DNA of 64,000 nucleotides from Bryobacterales bacterium (GTDB lineage Bacteria; Acidobacteriota; Terriglobia; Bryobacterales; UBA6623): NCBI GenBank assembly GCA_963422375.2, contig OY729427.2, positions 1,728,001 to 1,792,000 of the forward strand, read 5' to 3'. Shown piece by piece: positions 29,577 to 40,680 of this stretch (position 1 is its first letter; each line of letters starts with the position of its first letter). The notes under the pieces were generated by a model. It saw only the letters and a program-made list of their open reading frames with translations, ran no database searches and was not told where the DNA came from. The position numbers and the translations under genes were made by a program.

Positions 29577-31160
29577 ATGATGCCCGGCGGCATCGTGGAA
29601 GTCGGGGCTGGCTGGCGAGGTCGTGCTTCCGCGGCGTGGCCGTCGCGGACTCTCGCCGCCGCGCTCGCGCTGGCATCGGGCGGGGCGCTCGCCCAGCCCC
29701 CCAATGCCGTGCGCGAGATCGAGCTGCGCACGGAGCCCCGCGACGCTCCGATGCTCCCGTTCGAAAGCGTGACCGTGCGTATCTTCGCCCGGGGCACGGC
29801 CGTCAACCGCCCCGCGGACCGGCCTGACGTGCGCCTCGAGCCGGGCCGAGTCGCCTTCCACTTGCACGACCCCGGCAGCGGGTGGCTCTCCAAGCCCTTT
29901 CGCTACCAAGGGCGCGACGCCCCGCCGCTGCCCGGCGTCGGCCCGCCGAGCTTCCGCTCCAGGCTCTTCGCGCTCGCCGAGCGGCACTCGCTCTACCAGG
30001 ACGCCGTGCTCTTCACCGCATCGGGCGCGCGGGCCGAGGCCGTGCTGTCGGCCACCCTGGGCGGGGCGACCGGCTCGATTCGGATTCGCGTGTCCGCCGC
30101 GGATGGCCCCGCGCCCTCCCCCGAGAGGGTCACTTTCGGCGAGCAGCCCCGTTCGCCCGACCCCTACCGTGCCTTGGCCGAGCACCACGCTCCGTTCGTC
30201 GCCCAGGAGACCTGGTTCCACCCCAAGTCCGACTATCTCGGCCGCTTCGACGCCGACGGCGACTGGCGGGGCGATAACAACTGGGCCAACTTGCCGCGGG
30301 CCAGCTCGCAGGCCTACGTGTATTACGCCGTGATCGAGACCGAGACGCACTGGTTCCTGCTCTACAACTTCTTCCACCTGCGCGATTATTCGGACAAGTG
30401 CGTTTCCGCTGCCTGCCACGAGAACGACAACGAGGGGCTGATCCTGACGGTCGCGCGGGACGGCTCCGCCACGGGCCGGGCCGTCGCGATGGAGACTCTG
30501 GCGCACAACAAGGTGTACTCGTATCGCGCCGACCCGCGCGTCCGGGGGAATTTCCATAACCTAGACGGCGAGATGGAATTCTATCGCGGATCGCATCCCC
30601 TCGTGTTCGTGCATTCCGGCGGGCACGGCGTGTACGGGCCGGGCAAGCATGCCTCCTACTCGTTCGCCGCCGACCGGTTCCACGGCGGGACGGGAGTGAC
30701 TTACGTCTACAAGGGCGTAGCGGAGCGCCCCCGGCATCCGTCCGACCGGGAGGTCGGCTACGATCTGCTCCCGATCTACGACCACTGGTGGCTCTTGGCC
30801 CACGGCGGCGGGGAAGGGGCCGCCGAGTCCTTCAGCGACTACTTCGCGTACCGGCCGCGCGGAGGCCGGCCCCGGGCCCGGCACCGGGAGCTTGCCGGGG
30901 CCTTCCTCGGCCGCCGGCACGGCGCAGGCATGGCCAAGCCCTTCTGGGGCTGGCACGACAACGCGACGCTCAAGGGAGGCGTTCTGGCCAAGGGCCAGTG
31001 GGCCTTGGATCCGGCGTACTCCGCGAGCCGCAACCTGACGCTGCCGAGGCCGGTGTCGCTGCGCTACACATTCAACCCGTACCTGCTCGACCCGGACGCG
31101 CCGCCGTCCGGGTCGGAGTCCCCTCGCGACCGCGAGGTAGCCTTGCGCCCGGGTCCGTAG
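29577..31160 (+). CDS. Secreted hypothetical protein with an NPP1/Vps62-like motif
   Basis: Signal-like LAAALALASGGALAQ; YYAVIETETHWFLLYNFFH...CHENDNEG; HSGGHG. Confidence 0.7.
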   Translation: MMPGGIVEVGAGWRGRASAAWPSRTLAAALALASGGALAQPPNAVREIELRTEPRDAPMLPFESVTVRIFARGTAVNRPADRPDVRLEPGRVAFHLHDPGSGWLSKPFRYQGRDAPPLPGVGPPSFRSRLFALAERHSLYQDAVLFTASGARAEAVLSATLGGATGSIRIRVSAADGPAPSPERVTFGEQPRSPDPYRALAEHHAPFVAQETWFHPKSDYLGRFDADGDWRGDNNWANLPRASSQAYVYYAVIETETHWFLLYNFFHLRDYSDKCVSAACHENDNEGLILTVARDGSATGRAVAMETLAHNKVYSYRADPRVRGNFHNLDGEMEFYRGSHPLVFVHSGGHGVYGPGKHASYSFAADRFHGGTGVTYVYKGVAERPRHPSDREVGYDLLPIYDHWWLLAHGGGEGAAESFSDYFAYRPRGGRPRARHRELAGAFLGRRHGAGMAKPFWGWHDNATLKGGVLAKGQWALDPAYSASRNLTLPRPVSLRYTFNPYLLDPDAPPSGSESPRDREVALRPGP

Positions 31161-31194
31161 AGGCCGCGCGGAGCGCTGCGAAAGGGTGTCGGCT

Positions 31195-32229
31195 TCAGTC
31201 CGGCTGGATCCTATTCGCGGGCACCTCGAGCGCGCCGCCCTCCGCACTCTCGTTCGCCCAGATGTCCTCGGCAGTCACCGCGTACTCGTAGGACCGGCTG
31301 GGCTCGGCTGACGCGTCGCTGAAGGCAGGTACAACGATCAAGCCCGAGATATCGGTGCCGTCCCGCTGCACGCGATACCCGGCCGCGTCGGTCTCGACGC
31401 TGGGCAGCCAGGACAGCTCGACCGCGGCCGGCGTCCGCACCGCTCTCAAGCCGCTGGGCGGGGCCGGCGGGAACGTGTCGTGCGGCGTCACCTCGGCCGT
31501 GTCGGAAAGCGGGCCCTCGATCCAGCCCGCCGCGGACTTTCGGAACGGCCGCAGCCTGTAGCGGTGGGTCTCGCTCCACTCGACCGTCCGGTCCAGGAAC
31601 GACGCGACGGCGAGACGCCCGAGCGCGGCGAACTGGCCGTCCTCGCCGACCGCCCGCTCGATGGCGTATTCCTCGGCGCGCGCGGCCGGCTGCCATGCGA
31701 GCTCCACGCCTGTTGGGCGGACGGAAACCGCTACGCCTTGCGGCTTCTCGGGCGCTTCCAGCGCTTGGAACCGGACTTGATTCGAATAGCCGGCGTGGCG
31801 CCCGGCCCGGTTGGTCCCCGTCACCGCCAGGACCGTCAGCTGGCCCAGCTCCCACTCCGTCGCGCGCGTACGAACCTCCAGCAGGTCGCCCGGATTCCGG
31901 CCCTCCAGCTCCGCCGGCCCCAGAACCGCGACCGGTCGGCGGTAGCCGTCGATCGTCTCCCGCGGGAGGTCCCGCGAGAAGTCCGGCACGTCCACCGCCC
32001 AGAGGGTGAAGCCGCCCACCTGGCGCGGCACCGTACCTTCAGTCGTCAGCAACGGCCAGCTCCACGACACCTCCACCGAGTCCGCGACCTGCCGAGCCGC
32101 GAGGTCGTTCACCGGCAGCGGGAGCTTCAGCAGCGGCGGCAGCGGATCCCCGACGGAACCGCAGGCGCAGAGCGCCAGCGCCCAGGCTGCGATCGGGCGC
32201 AGCGGCGTCCCGCGGTCCCACCCGGGCAT
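31195..32229 (-). CDS. Fibronectin type III lipoprotein
   Basis: Lipobox LCAC followed by GSVGDPLPP; FN3 signatures VELAW, DTFPPAPPSGL, YAVTAEDIWANES. Confidence 0.85.
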   Translation of the reverse strand: MPGWDRGTPLRPIAAWALALCACGSVGDPLPPLLKLPLPVNDLAARQVADSVEVSWSWPLLTTEGTVPRQVGGFTLWAVDVPDFSRDLPRETIDGYRRPVAVLGPAELEGRNPGDLLEVRTRATEWELGQLTVLAVTGTNRAGRHAGYSNQVRFQALEAPEKPQGVAVSVRPTGVELAWQPAARAEEYAIERAVGEDGQFAALGRLAVASFLDRTVEWSETHRYRLRPFRKSAAGWIEGPLSDTAEVTPHDTFPPAPPSGLRAVRTPAAVELSWLPSVETDAAGYRVQRDGTDISGLIVVPAFSDASAEPSRSYEYAVTAEDIWANESAEGGALEVPANRIQPD

Positions 32230-32232
32230 TCG

Positions 32233-33597
32233 TCAGAGAATGTAGCGGCTCAGATCCTGGTCCTTGACGATGGAGGCGAGCTGTGCCCGGACGTAGGCCG
32301 CGTCGATCTTCAGGGACTTCTCCTTCATGTCGGGAGCCTCGAAGGAGACCTTGTCCAGCACCTTCTCCATGATCGTGTGCAGCCGCCGGGCACCGATGTC
32401 CTCGGTCTGCTCGTTGACGAGCATGGCGGTCTGCGCGATCTCTTCGATCGCGTCCTCGGTGAATTCCAGCTCGAGGCCCTCGGTGTCGAGCAGGGCCTCG
32501 TACTGCTTGGTGAGCGCGTTCTTCGGCTCCGTCAGAATGCGGACGAAGTCGTCCTTCGTGAGGGGCTTGAGCTCGACGCGGATCGGGAAGCGCCCCTGGA
32601 GCTCGGGGATCATGTCGCTGGGCTTGGTCACGTGGAAGGCGCCCGCGGCGATGAAGAGAATGTGATCCGTCCGGATCATGCCGTGCCGGGTGTTGACCGT
32701 GGTTCCCTCCACGATCGGCAGCAGGTCGCGCTGCACGCCTTCGCGACTGACTTCCGGCCCGCGGCCTCCCTCGCGGCCCGCGATCTTGTCCATCTCGTCT
32801 AGGAACACGATGCCTGACTGCTCGGTGCGATCAACGGCTTGGCGCGTGATTTGCTCCATGTCGACGAGCTTCTGCTCCTCCTCTTCCTCCAAGGCATCCA
32901 GCGCATCGATCACCGTCATCTTGCGCCGACGGGTGTTTCCGCTGAAGAGGCCCGGGAGCATCTCCTTGATGTTGATGTCCATCTCCTCGATGCCTTGGTT
33001 GGTGACGATCTCGATCGGGTTGCTGCGGCCTTGGGTCTCGATCTCGACCATGCGGTCATCGAGCTTGCCCTCGCGCAGCTGCTTGCGCAGCTTCTCGCGG
33101 GTCTTCGACGTCGAGTCGTCCTCGTCGTCGGACTCTTGCGGCGGCATGAGGATCTTCAGGAGCCGCTCCTCGGCGTTCTGTTCGGCCCGCTCTGCGACGA
33201 GCTCGATCTTCTCGTCGCGTAGCATGTCGATCGCCATTTCGATCAGGTCGCGGATCATGGAGTCGACATCGCGCCCCACGTAGCCCACCTCGGTGAACTT
33301 GGTCGCCTCGATCTTGACGAAGGGGGAGTTGGAGAGCCGCGCCAGGCGCCGGGCCACCTCGGTCTTACCGACGCCGGTGGGCCCCATCATCAGGATGTTC
33401 TTCGGCATGACCTCCTCGGCCATTTCCGGCTCCAGGCGCTGCCGGCGGATGCGGTTGCGCAGGGCGACGGCGACCGCTCGCTTGGCATCGTTCTGCCCGA
33501 CGACGTGCTTGTCGAGCTCCTGCACGATCTCGCGCGGCGTGAGCTCGTCCAGCGACGGATGCTCCGAGCCCGAGTTCCCGGGAAGGTAAATGACCAT
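32233..33597 (-). CDS. hslU: ATP-dependent protease ATPase subunit HslU
   Basis: [51 protein letters not shown]. Confidence 0.98.
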   Translation of the reverse strand: MVIYLPGNSGSEHPSLDELTPREIVQELDKHVVGQNDAKRAVAVALRNRIRRQRLEPEMAEEVMPKNILMMGPTGVGKTEVARRLARLSNSPFVKIEATKFTEVGYVGRDVDSMIRDLIEMAIDMLRDEKIELVAERAEQNAEERLLKILMPPQESDDEDDSTSKTREKLRKQLREGKLDDRMVEIETQGRSNPIEIVTNQGIEEMDINIKEMLPGLFSGNTRRRKMTVIDALDALEEEEEQKLVDMEQITRQAVDRTEQSGIVFLDEMDKIAGREGGRGPEVSREGVQRDLLPIVEGTTVNTRHGMIRTDHILFIAAGAFHVTKPSDMIPELQGRFPIRVELKPLTKDDFVRILTEPKNALTKQYEALLDTEGLELEFTEDAIEEIAQTAMLVNEQTEDIGARRLHTIMEKVLDKVSFEAPDMKEKSLKIDAAYVRAQLASIVKDQDLSRYIL

Positions 33598-33601
33598 GGC
33601 G

Positions 33602-34147
33602 CTAGCCCAGCTCCTCGTACGCGATGCTGGCGTTCGTGTAGATGCAGATTTCAGCGGCTATGGTCATGGCGGCCTCGGCGACAGCGTGCGCCCCGAGGTT
33701 GGTGTGCTCGAGCAGCGCCCTAGCGGCGGCTACCGCGTAGGGGCCGCCCGATCCCACGGCGGCCACCTTGTCGTCCGGCTCGATCACGTCGCCCGTCCCG
33801 CTGAGCAGCAGCGTCGACCTGGCGTCGGCAACGAGCAGGACCGCCTCCAGGTGACGCAGCGTCTTGTCCATGCGCCACTCCTTGGAGAGCTCGACGGCGG
33901 CTCGGCTGAGATTTCCGCCGTACTCCTTCAGCTTCTCCTCGAAGCGCGTGAACAGCGACATCGCGTCCGCCGTCGAGCCGGCGAAGCCGGCGAGGATCTC
34001 CTCGTTGTGGAGCCGGCGGATCTTGCGGGCCGAGGACTTCACCACCTCGGATCCCATCGTGACCTGGCCGTCTCCCGCCATCGTCACCTTGCCGTCGCGG
34101 CGCACGCACAAGACGGTTGTTGAGCGAATGCTGGGATGCAAACCCAT
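33602..34147 (-). CDS. hslV: ATP-dependent protease subunit HslV
   Basis: [35 protein letters not shown]. Confidence 0.97.
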   Translation of the reverse strand: MGLHPSIRSTTVLCVRRDGKVTMAGDGQVTMGSEVVKSSARKIRRLHNEEILAGFAGSTADAMSLFTRFEEKLKEYGGNLSRAAVELSKEWRMDKTLRHLEAVLLVADARSTLLLSGTGDVIEPDDKVAAVGSGGPYAVAAARALLEHTNLGAHAVAEAAMTIAAEICIYTNASIAYEELG

Positions 34148-34177
34148 TGGGCGAGCCCCGGGCAGGCCCGAACTCTC

Positions 34178-34183
34178 ATTATA
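34178..34183 (-). promoter_or_regulatory. Candidate -10 box (TATAAT) for hslVU, enclosed by a 9-bp inverted repeat
   Basis: ATTATA on the plus strand about 30 bp upstream of the hslV ATG; CCCGGGCAG / CTGCCCGGG flank it. No good -35. Confidence 0.4.
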
Positions 34184-34622
34184 GGAACTGCCCGGGTGCG
34201 CGCCCGCCGCTGAGCGCAGCGGCGGGCGACTGGCATTGCGCGACCGGGTCAAATCTGTTGCGGCGCTTCTCGGAAGCAGTAAGCGCAGGTCCCGCCCGAC
34301 CGCGTTGAGATTCTCGCGCCCGGCGAGACTCTCCAGCGCGCCCGGTTCCGCTTCTCGGTGGTAGAGATCCGCCCCGCCGTCGCGGAATCGGACGGTCCGA
34401 GCGGGTCGAGAGACATCTCCGACTTCGACGGTTGCCGACTGCGCCCCGGCCTGTGCCGAGATTGGAAGCCGCCGCGGGCAAGCGGCGTGCTGCGCGCCCT
34501 CGTGGGAGCCGTGCGGTCTGAAGTTGCACCACCCCGCCCTGCGGAACGGACGGGCCGCCGACCTTCTCACAAGCCACCTTGCTAGAGTGTTCCTCGTCGG
34601 AGGGTTAGGCCTCGTGAAGAAA

Positions 34623-35866
34623 GGGGATTATATATCTCAGGGCCGACGACGCCATAGCCGGCTAGAACTGCTCTGATCGGGGACGTCGGCGTCTAGCTCG
34701 GTCATTCGTGTGCAGCCGAGGTGGGCACCGAACGGTCGGTTCGTATCTGAAGCACACCGGCCAGCGGATTTCGCGGCGCACGGACTAGAGAGGCTGCCGC
34801 GGACCGGCAAGGCCGTGCTCGGGCCGCGACCGCCGCCTTGCCGACCAGTCGCCGGTAGGTCAGCGTCTTGCCGACCAAGCTCCGCGCCATGCGCCGCATC
34901 CGTTCCGCCGTGTCGCAGTTGCGGGCGTTGCGCCGTCCCGCGAACTCCGCGAGGTAGCGGCCCGAATGACCGACGCTCATCCGGTGATTGGTTCCCCAAA
35001 GGCCGCGCTCGAACCGGGACCGGAACGACTCGATGCCGTTCGCATGCGCTGCCCCGCGCACGTACTCGCCGCCGGAGTGCTTGACGCCCTCGCGCGGGAA
35101 CTCCGCCATGCCGGCGCAGGTCGCCGCCTCGTCGGAGCGGACTTGCGCGCCCGGCGCGACCCGGCCGCGCACGAAGCCCTGCAGGTCGCCCTCGGTCGTG
35201 CCCGGCAGCGGCCGGGCGGCCACTTCGCTCGTGGCGCGGTCCCGCGCGCCCGCCACGGGGGTCTTGCCGCCTGGGCCGCGCCTGGCCCGGGCTTTCTTGC
35301 TCTCGTGCTTGTTGCGCTCCTTGCCGCCGCCGCAGGTCTCGTCCACCTCCACCGGGCCGACGAACGGGTCCCGGTCCCGCTCCCGGCACGCGCGGACGCG
35401 GTGCGCCAGGTGCCAGGCCGACTTCCGGCTGATGCCCGTGTCGCGGTGCAGCTTCACGCCGGAGACGCCCTTGAGGCCGGTGGTCGGCACGAACATGGCG
35501 ACGGCCCGGACGCGGTAGCCGTGCTTGGTGTCGGCCATCACGCTGCCGGTGCGCACGGAAGAGCGCTTGCCGCAACCGCGGCAACGGTACGGCATCGAAT
35601 GGTGGGTCGTGCCGGACTGCACGCTGGAGCCGCGGCAGCGGGGGCATTCCGGACCGTCCGGCCAGCGCATGGAGGCGAACCACTTTTCCGCGGATTCGTC
35701 ATCGGGGAACATGGCGATCACTTCGATCAAGGTGATGCTTTTACGAAACCACTTCCCGGGACCTTGCTACTTAATTGACGACCTCCCATATTGGAATTCT
35801 TCTATCAAGAAATTCTACAGAAGTTCAACAGAGATTTGGAAGGAATATCAAATTAATTCATGAATT
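34623..35866 (-). mobile_element. IS1595 type A copy 4, more diverged; 5' IR deleted
   Basis: GGGGATTATATATCTCAGGGCCGA end; transposase ORF 34702-35730. Similarity to copy 3 stops about 45 bp short of the IR. Confidence 0.9.
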
Positions 35867-36334
35867 TGGAACGCCTTCAGCGCCTCCGGCACCCTGTAAC
35901 CGAGCCCCGCCATCTCCAGCGGCCCGGCCCAGGGCTTCTTGCCGTTGTAGACCACCGTCGCCAGCACCGGCGGCAGCAGCCCGCGCCCCCGCACCTGTCC
36001 GCTCGCCAGCAGCCAGTTGTACAGCTGCAGCACGTATTCGGCGACGCGCAGCGGCATGCGGCGCTCGCTCTTCGACTGGAACTCCAGCATCAGGTACAGG
36101 TACAGCGCCCGCCCGCGCCAGGTCGCGCGCCAGATCAGGTCGTTGCGGCGCAGCCGCGGGTCGGCGGCCACGTGCTCGGTCGCCACCGGAGTCAGCGTCG
36201 ACCGATCCAGGTGCCGCGCCCAGTCCGCCCCGCAGTAGGCCGTCAGCGGGTCGGCCATGATCGCCGGGCAGCCGAATGCCAGCTTGTAGGACTCGTAGTG
36301 CCTGCGCCTGCGCTTGCCGGCCGTCCCCGCGCAT
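35867..36334 (-). pseudogene. Rpn / YhgA-like (Transposase_31) PD-(D/E)XK nuclease, truncated
   Basis: HYESYKLAF...RRNDLIWR...YLMLEFQS...MPLRVAEY...LPPVLATVVYNG; frameshifted start, 3' half lost. Confidence 0.85.
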
Positions 36335-36537
36335 CGCCCTGCCGTCCCGTCCGGCCGCGACAGTCCGATTATGGCACGTGCGCCATGCGGCCGGAGGCCA
36401 CCGCCCGGGCGGACCGAATCCTGCTGGCGGCCGTGCGGCGCGGCGCGCCGGTCTGCGGCGAGAGCCGCGTGCCGGAGGTCGGATCGAATCGCGGGAATGC
36501 CGCGACTCCTTCCGGCGTTCAGCTGTTTCAACCGGGC

Positions 36538-36963
36538 CTCGGAGTTCCGTACATGGGCCGGCTCGGAGTGTCCGCGGATCGGGGCCACGCGTCCCGTTCG
36601 AGCGGTTCGAGCGAAGGGCGGGGGAGCGTCGGGCCGGTCGGCAGGGGCTCGCAGGCCAAGCGCGGGCTGGTGCCGGGACCGACCGTCCGTGATCGGTCGA
36701 GCTCGGTGATCGGCGGTGCGGGCGCCTGGTCCCGGGCGGGGGCGGACTGGTGCAGCAGGCCCGCGGCGAGGGTGCCCGCGCCCGGGTCCCGGAGCGGGCC
36801 GGGCAGGGCTAGCGCGCGCCCGGCGGGGTCCGGCTCGCCGGCCGGTGCTCGGAGCGAGTCAGACTTCCCGAAGGCACTCAAGTCGCTGAATATCGGAGAG
36901 TTGCGAGACACGTGACGCAAGCGCCCGTCCCTACCATCTGCCTACCATGTGCGGAACTCCGAG
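36538..36963. mobile_element. 426-bp non-autonomous element (MITE or internally deleted IS) with 19-bp IRs
   Basis: CTCGGAGTTCCGTACATGG (36538-36556) and CCATGTGCGGAACTCCGAG (36945-36963) match at 18/19. No TSD seen. Confidence 0.65.
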
Positions 36964-37379
36964 CCTCCCATCGTGCAGCCCGGTCAGCCAAGTCTCCGGC
37001 AATCAGTCCGCAGCGCTGCCCCCGGCCGAACTTGGTGCCGTGTTGAAGGCAACTGGGACTAGTCCCAGCGAGCGACTAGCCAACGCCTGGCCCATTCAAG
37101 CAGTGCGGTCCGCCGCGGTTGCGCGCACATTGGCTTTGGCAGGGCCGGCCAGGCGCCCCTGACCGTGCGCGGCGCACACTGCTGCACCGCGCTTGGCTAT
37201 GCTCTTGGTCACCGGCAGGCCCTCCGGTCGAAGCCCGGCGGAAAGAGACGTCGGCCGGAGCCGACGTATGCCTGCCAGATTCGACTGCCGCATCCCGCGC
37301 CGCCGGCAGCGCTCCGAAGCTAGCCGCGCTCGCTGCCGTCTGCGTGGCTTTCGGAGCGCTTGTGAGTCCTGTCAGCCGA

Positions 37380-38248
37380 CGGTGCGAATCAAGCGCTTGC
37401 TTGATGCCCCGATCATCAGCCTTGGCGCTCCCCCCAGCATCGGTCCGAACGTCTAGGGCCCGTCGCTGATCCGGGTGCCGGGCTGGGTCAGGAAACCGCT
37501 CGGCAGGTACTACCCGTATTTCGCGGATCACAAGGGCAGCTAGATCCGCCTTGCGTACGCTGACGACCTGCTGGGTCCGTGGAGGGTCCATCCCCCGGGC
37601 AGCCTGCAGATCGGCGAGTCGCACTTCCCAAGCGAACTGCCCCTTGTGGACCCCGAAGAACTGGAGCGAGCCAAGGGGCGCCGTGCGGAGACTTACGGCG
37701 GGAACTGCTTGCCGCATTCGCTCCTCAAGGAATTCACCGCTCCCCATATCGCGTCTCCGGACGTCAACGTGGACAAGACGAACCGTCGCTTCATCATGTA
37801 CTTCCACGGCTTGGAGGGCTTCGGACGGCAGGCGAGCCGGGGAGCATTCTCGGACGACCGCATCGATTTCGCCGTGCGTCCGGAGATTCTCGGACGCACC
37901 TACCTTCGAGTCTTTCGGCACGCAGGCAAGGCATTCGCGATCGCCATGCCCGGCCAGGTCTATCGGATCCGACGACGGCCTATCGAACTTCCAAGAGGGA
38001 CCGCTGCTATTCAATCCCAGCATGCGGCACTGCGCCCTGCTAGAGCGCGGGGATCGGTTGCACGTGTCTTGGCCCCAAGTAGGCCACGCGTCGGAACGGA
38101 TCCTGCTGAGCGTGATCCTCCTGTCTAGGCCGTGGACGGAGTGGAAGGAGGGCGAGCCGGTCGAAGTCCTGCGACCCGAACGCGACCGGGAAGCAGCGAA
38201 CGAGCCCAACGAACCGTCCGTCCGCAGCGTGGGCTACGGGCCCGTGAA
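37380..38248 (+). pseudogene. Conserved hypothetical protein, glycoside-hydrolase beta-propeller-like; disrupted and truncated
   Basis: GPSLIRVPGWVRKPLGRYY, YADDLLGPW, PHIASPDV, IMYFHG, MRHCAL over several frames with stops. Confidence 0.65.
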
Positions 38249-38660
38249 CAGCGATTTAGAATTTGGGCATGTTGGGATTTACAGAGTGTCTGAGAAGGGC
38301 GCCGAAGGCAGGCTGGCAGAGGCTGGTACTCGACTTTTCCTAGCGGAATCTGTGAGCTAGGATGCATGCCCATTGTCATTGGACTCGCTCCTGAGCGCCT
38401 TCCGCCAGACTGCCGTCGGCCTGCCCGACCGTCGCACGGGACGCAACACGCGGTACGAGGTCAGCGACGCCGCCGATTGCGCCCTGGCCTGCTGCTTCAC
38501 CCACTGCGAGTCGTTTCTCGAGTTCCAGCGGCGCATGGATCAGGACGGATCCCGCTCCAACTGCCAGACCCTGTTCGGCGTGGGGCGCGTCCCCTGCGAC
38601 AACCAGATCCGCAACTTGCTCGACGGCATCCAGCCGGCTGCCTTCGACCCACTGTTCCTG
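38249..38660 (+). mobile_element. ISNCY-type transposase 5' remnant
   Basis: LPDRRTGRNTRYEVSDA...SFLEFQRRM...NCQTLFGVGRVPCDNQIRNLLD; end-like CAGCGATTTAGAATTTGGG at 38249. Confidence 0.75.
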
Positions 38661-39155
38661 CTTCCCCGACTGGCCAACTCTGCTGGCGCCGGACGTGCGC
38701 CACAGCCCTGCCAGCCGTCCGACGCTCCCGCGGGGCGGCGTCAGGATCTCGACCGCTCGGTCAACTTGTTCATCTCATCCTCCTCAACAACGTTCACGCA
38801 CCACCTTGATGGCCATATTGAGAATCGGTGCCTCCCGGGCGCGCAACTGGCGCTCCCTGGCCTGCCTCCGCAGACCCTCGTCGCCTCCGCGGCCGGTCTC
38901 GTCGCGCCCACGCCCCGCCGGCTGTCCGTCCGGCTCGGCCTGGCTCCGCTCCGCGTCAACGACGACGCCCGGCCCGAGCGCCCCGGGCTGCTGCCCTCCT
39001 ACTGCAACACACACCCGCAGCCCCCAGCCCTTCACGGAGACCTCACCCCTCTCTCTGCCTGTAGTAGCGGATCAATGGGAGAAAACGCCCGTTTCAACCG
39101 CAGCAATAATCTGAGGAATACCGCCCATTCAACTCCGGAGTGCGGGAAGAGGATT

Positions 39156-39400
39156 GGAATTATTTGTCTGAGTGCCGACGACGTCATATCCGGCTAGAAC
39201 TGCTCTGATTGGGGATGTCGGCGTCTAGCTCGGGTCATTCGTGTGCGGCGGAGGTGGGCACCGAAGGGTCGGTTCGTATCCCAATCGCTCCGGCAAGCGG
39301 ATTTCACGGCGCACGGACTAGAGAGGCCGCCTCGATGCATACGAGCCCCATCCGCCGCAGACGGTGAGTCAACCGAGCGAGCGCATGATGCACGGGAACG
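39156..39400 (-). mobile_element. IS1595 type A 3'-end fragment
   Basis: GGAATTATTTGTCTGAGTGCCGACGACG...CTAGAACTGCTCTGA, similar to the ends at 6312, 8871 and 34623. Confidence 0.8.
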
Positions 39401-39488
39401 GCAGGCACGGACCGAGCCGAATCGCGCGCGCCCGACTCTCCGACTCTCTGCGGCGGTTTGATCCGGAATGTCGCGTGAATGGTAGTTA

Positions 39489-39743
39489 GTGCTTGTGACA
39501 AAACCCCTGAATTCTGGCCTGATCAGCATTTCATACTACATCTTGATGTCGGATGGATCTCCAAACACAACATATAGAGCCCAAGGTCGGAAGTTGCTCA
39601 GCCGCCAATCGCGAAGATTTCCGCGCTCTACCCAGAATTGGCAGGATTTCGGACCAGTCGTAGCATTCCAGTGAAATCTTCGCCTTGAGAGATTGGACCT
39701 AACACCTTTTTTATCAAGGGGATACGAGTTTTGTCACAGGCAC
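39489..39743 (+). mobile_element. 255-bp MITE copy a
   Basis: TIRs GTGCTTGTGACAAAAC / GTTTTGTCACAGGCAC, TA on both sides; closely similar to 42727 and 60448. Confidence 0.92.
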
Positions 39744-40277
39744 TAGTTACCGCGAGACCAGCGGGAGGCCGGCCTGCCAGAGGATAGGTGAGGATGCATC
39801 CGAGTCGTCTCTGCGACGCATTCCGGGGCTCTACGCGGTCGGCGTCGCGATTGCGGCCATTCTCGACTGCCTCGGATGGAATCGCCGGGCGACAGGCCGT
39901 GTCTGGCGGTCTCAACCGCGCCACTTGAGGAAAGAGATGCCGCTGGCAGAGGACGAAATGCGAACTGGAATGGGCCCTGTTCCGGCTAGCGGACGAACTC
40001 GGGATTCTTGACGCCGGGGAAGATGAATCGCAACCCGTGCGTCGACGCCCGCCCGCTCGGGGCCGCCGGTCCAGCCATGGTCCCGGACTGAAACGCTCAA
40101 CCAGGGCCGCCGAGCGTCCCCTCGACCGGATTCGGGAGGTGGGCGATGGATCCGGCCCAGGGGCCGCCCTCGACACGAGCCTCGCCACGGCAACGGGACA
40201 GCATTCCGTAGCGGCTCAGCACGTCGGCGCCGACGGCGTCCGTCCCTCTCGCCGGAATGTACGATGGAGGGTCAGAG

Positions 40278-40655
40278 ATGGCCGACGATGCACGCGCCGC
40301 CCAGCAGCGGCCCGAGATCCCGGACCGGGTGTTCTTCCGGATCGGAGAGGTCAGCGAGATCGTAGGCGTAGACCCGCATGTCCTGCGCTACTGGGAGGGC
40401 AAGTTCCCGTTGCTGGAGCCGCGCAAGACTTCGAGAGGCTACCGGCAGTACCGTCGCAAGGACGTTGAGACGGCGCTCGCGATCAAGGAAATGCTGCATG
40501 TGAGGAGGTACACCATCGAGGGGGCGCGCAAGGCGCTGCATTCGCAGGGCAAGTCCGCTTCCCGGTCGGCCGCGCCCAGTCCGCCGCCGGCGTCTCCGGA
40601 CGCCTTCCGCGAGATCCGAACGCAGCTCCAGCAGATCCTCGACCTGCTCGCGTAG
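40278..40655 (+). CDS. MerR-family HTH regulator
   Basis: IPDRVFFRIGEVSEIVGVDPHVLRYWE...YTIEGARK; GGAGG RBS. Confidence 0.9.
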   Translation: MADDARAAQQRPEIPDRVFFRIGEVSEIVGVDPHVLRYWEGKFPLLEPRKTSRGYRQYRRKDVETALAIKEMLHVRRYTIEGARKALHSQGKSASRSAAPSPPPASPDAFREIRTQLQQILDLLA

Positions 40656-40680
40656 CCGGGGCGCCCCTCCTGCAATGGCC

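Noticed and set aside
27259..29577. 772-aa plus-strand ORF
   Set aside because: Antisense shadow of the cotransporter and channel genes, with no recognisable motifs.
33602..34570. HslV with a 141-aa N-terminal extension
   Set aside because: The extension is low-complexity. The ATG at 34147 shortly before the catalytic Thr and a TATAAT upstream fit better.
38660..39150. Possible IS3-like orfA/orfB remnant on the minus strand (LRRQARERQLRAREAPILNMAIKVVRE)
   Set aside because: Too degraded to support a family call.
39750..40250. Possible decayed gene between MITE copy a and the MerR gene
   Set aside because: Short protein-like stretches in several frames, but no identifiable family.
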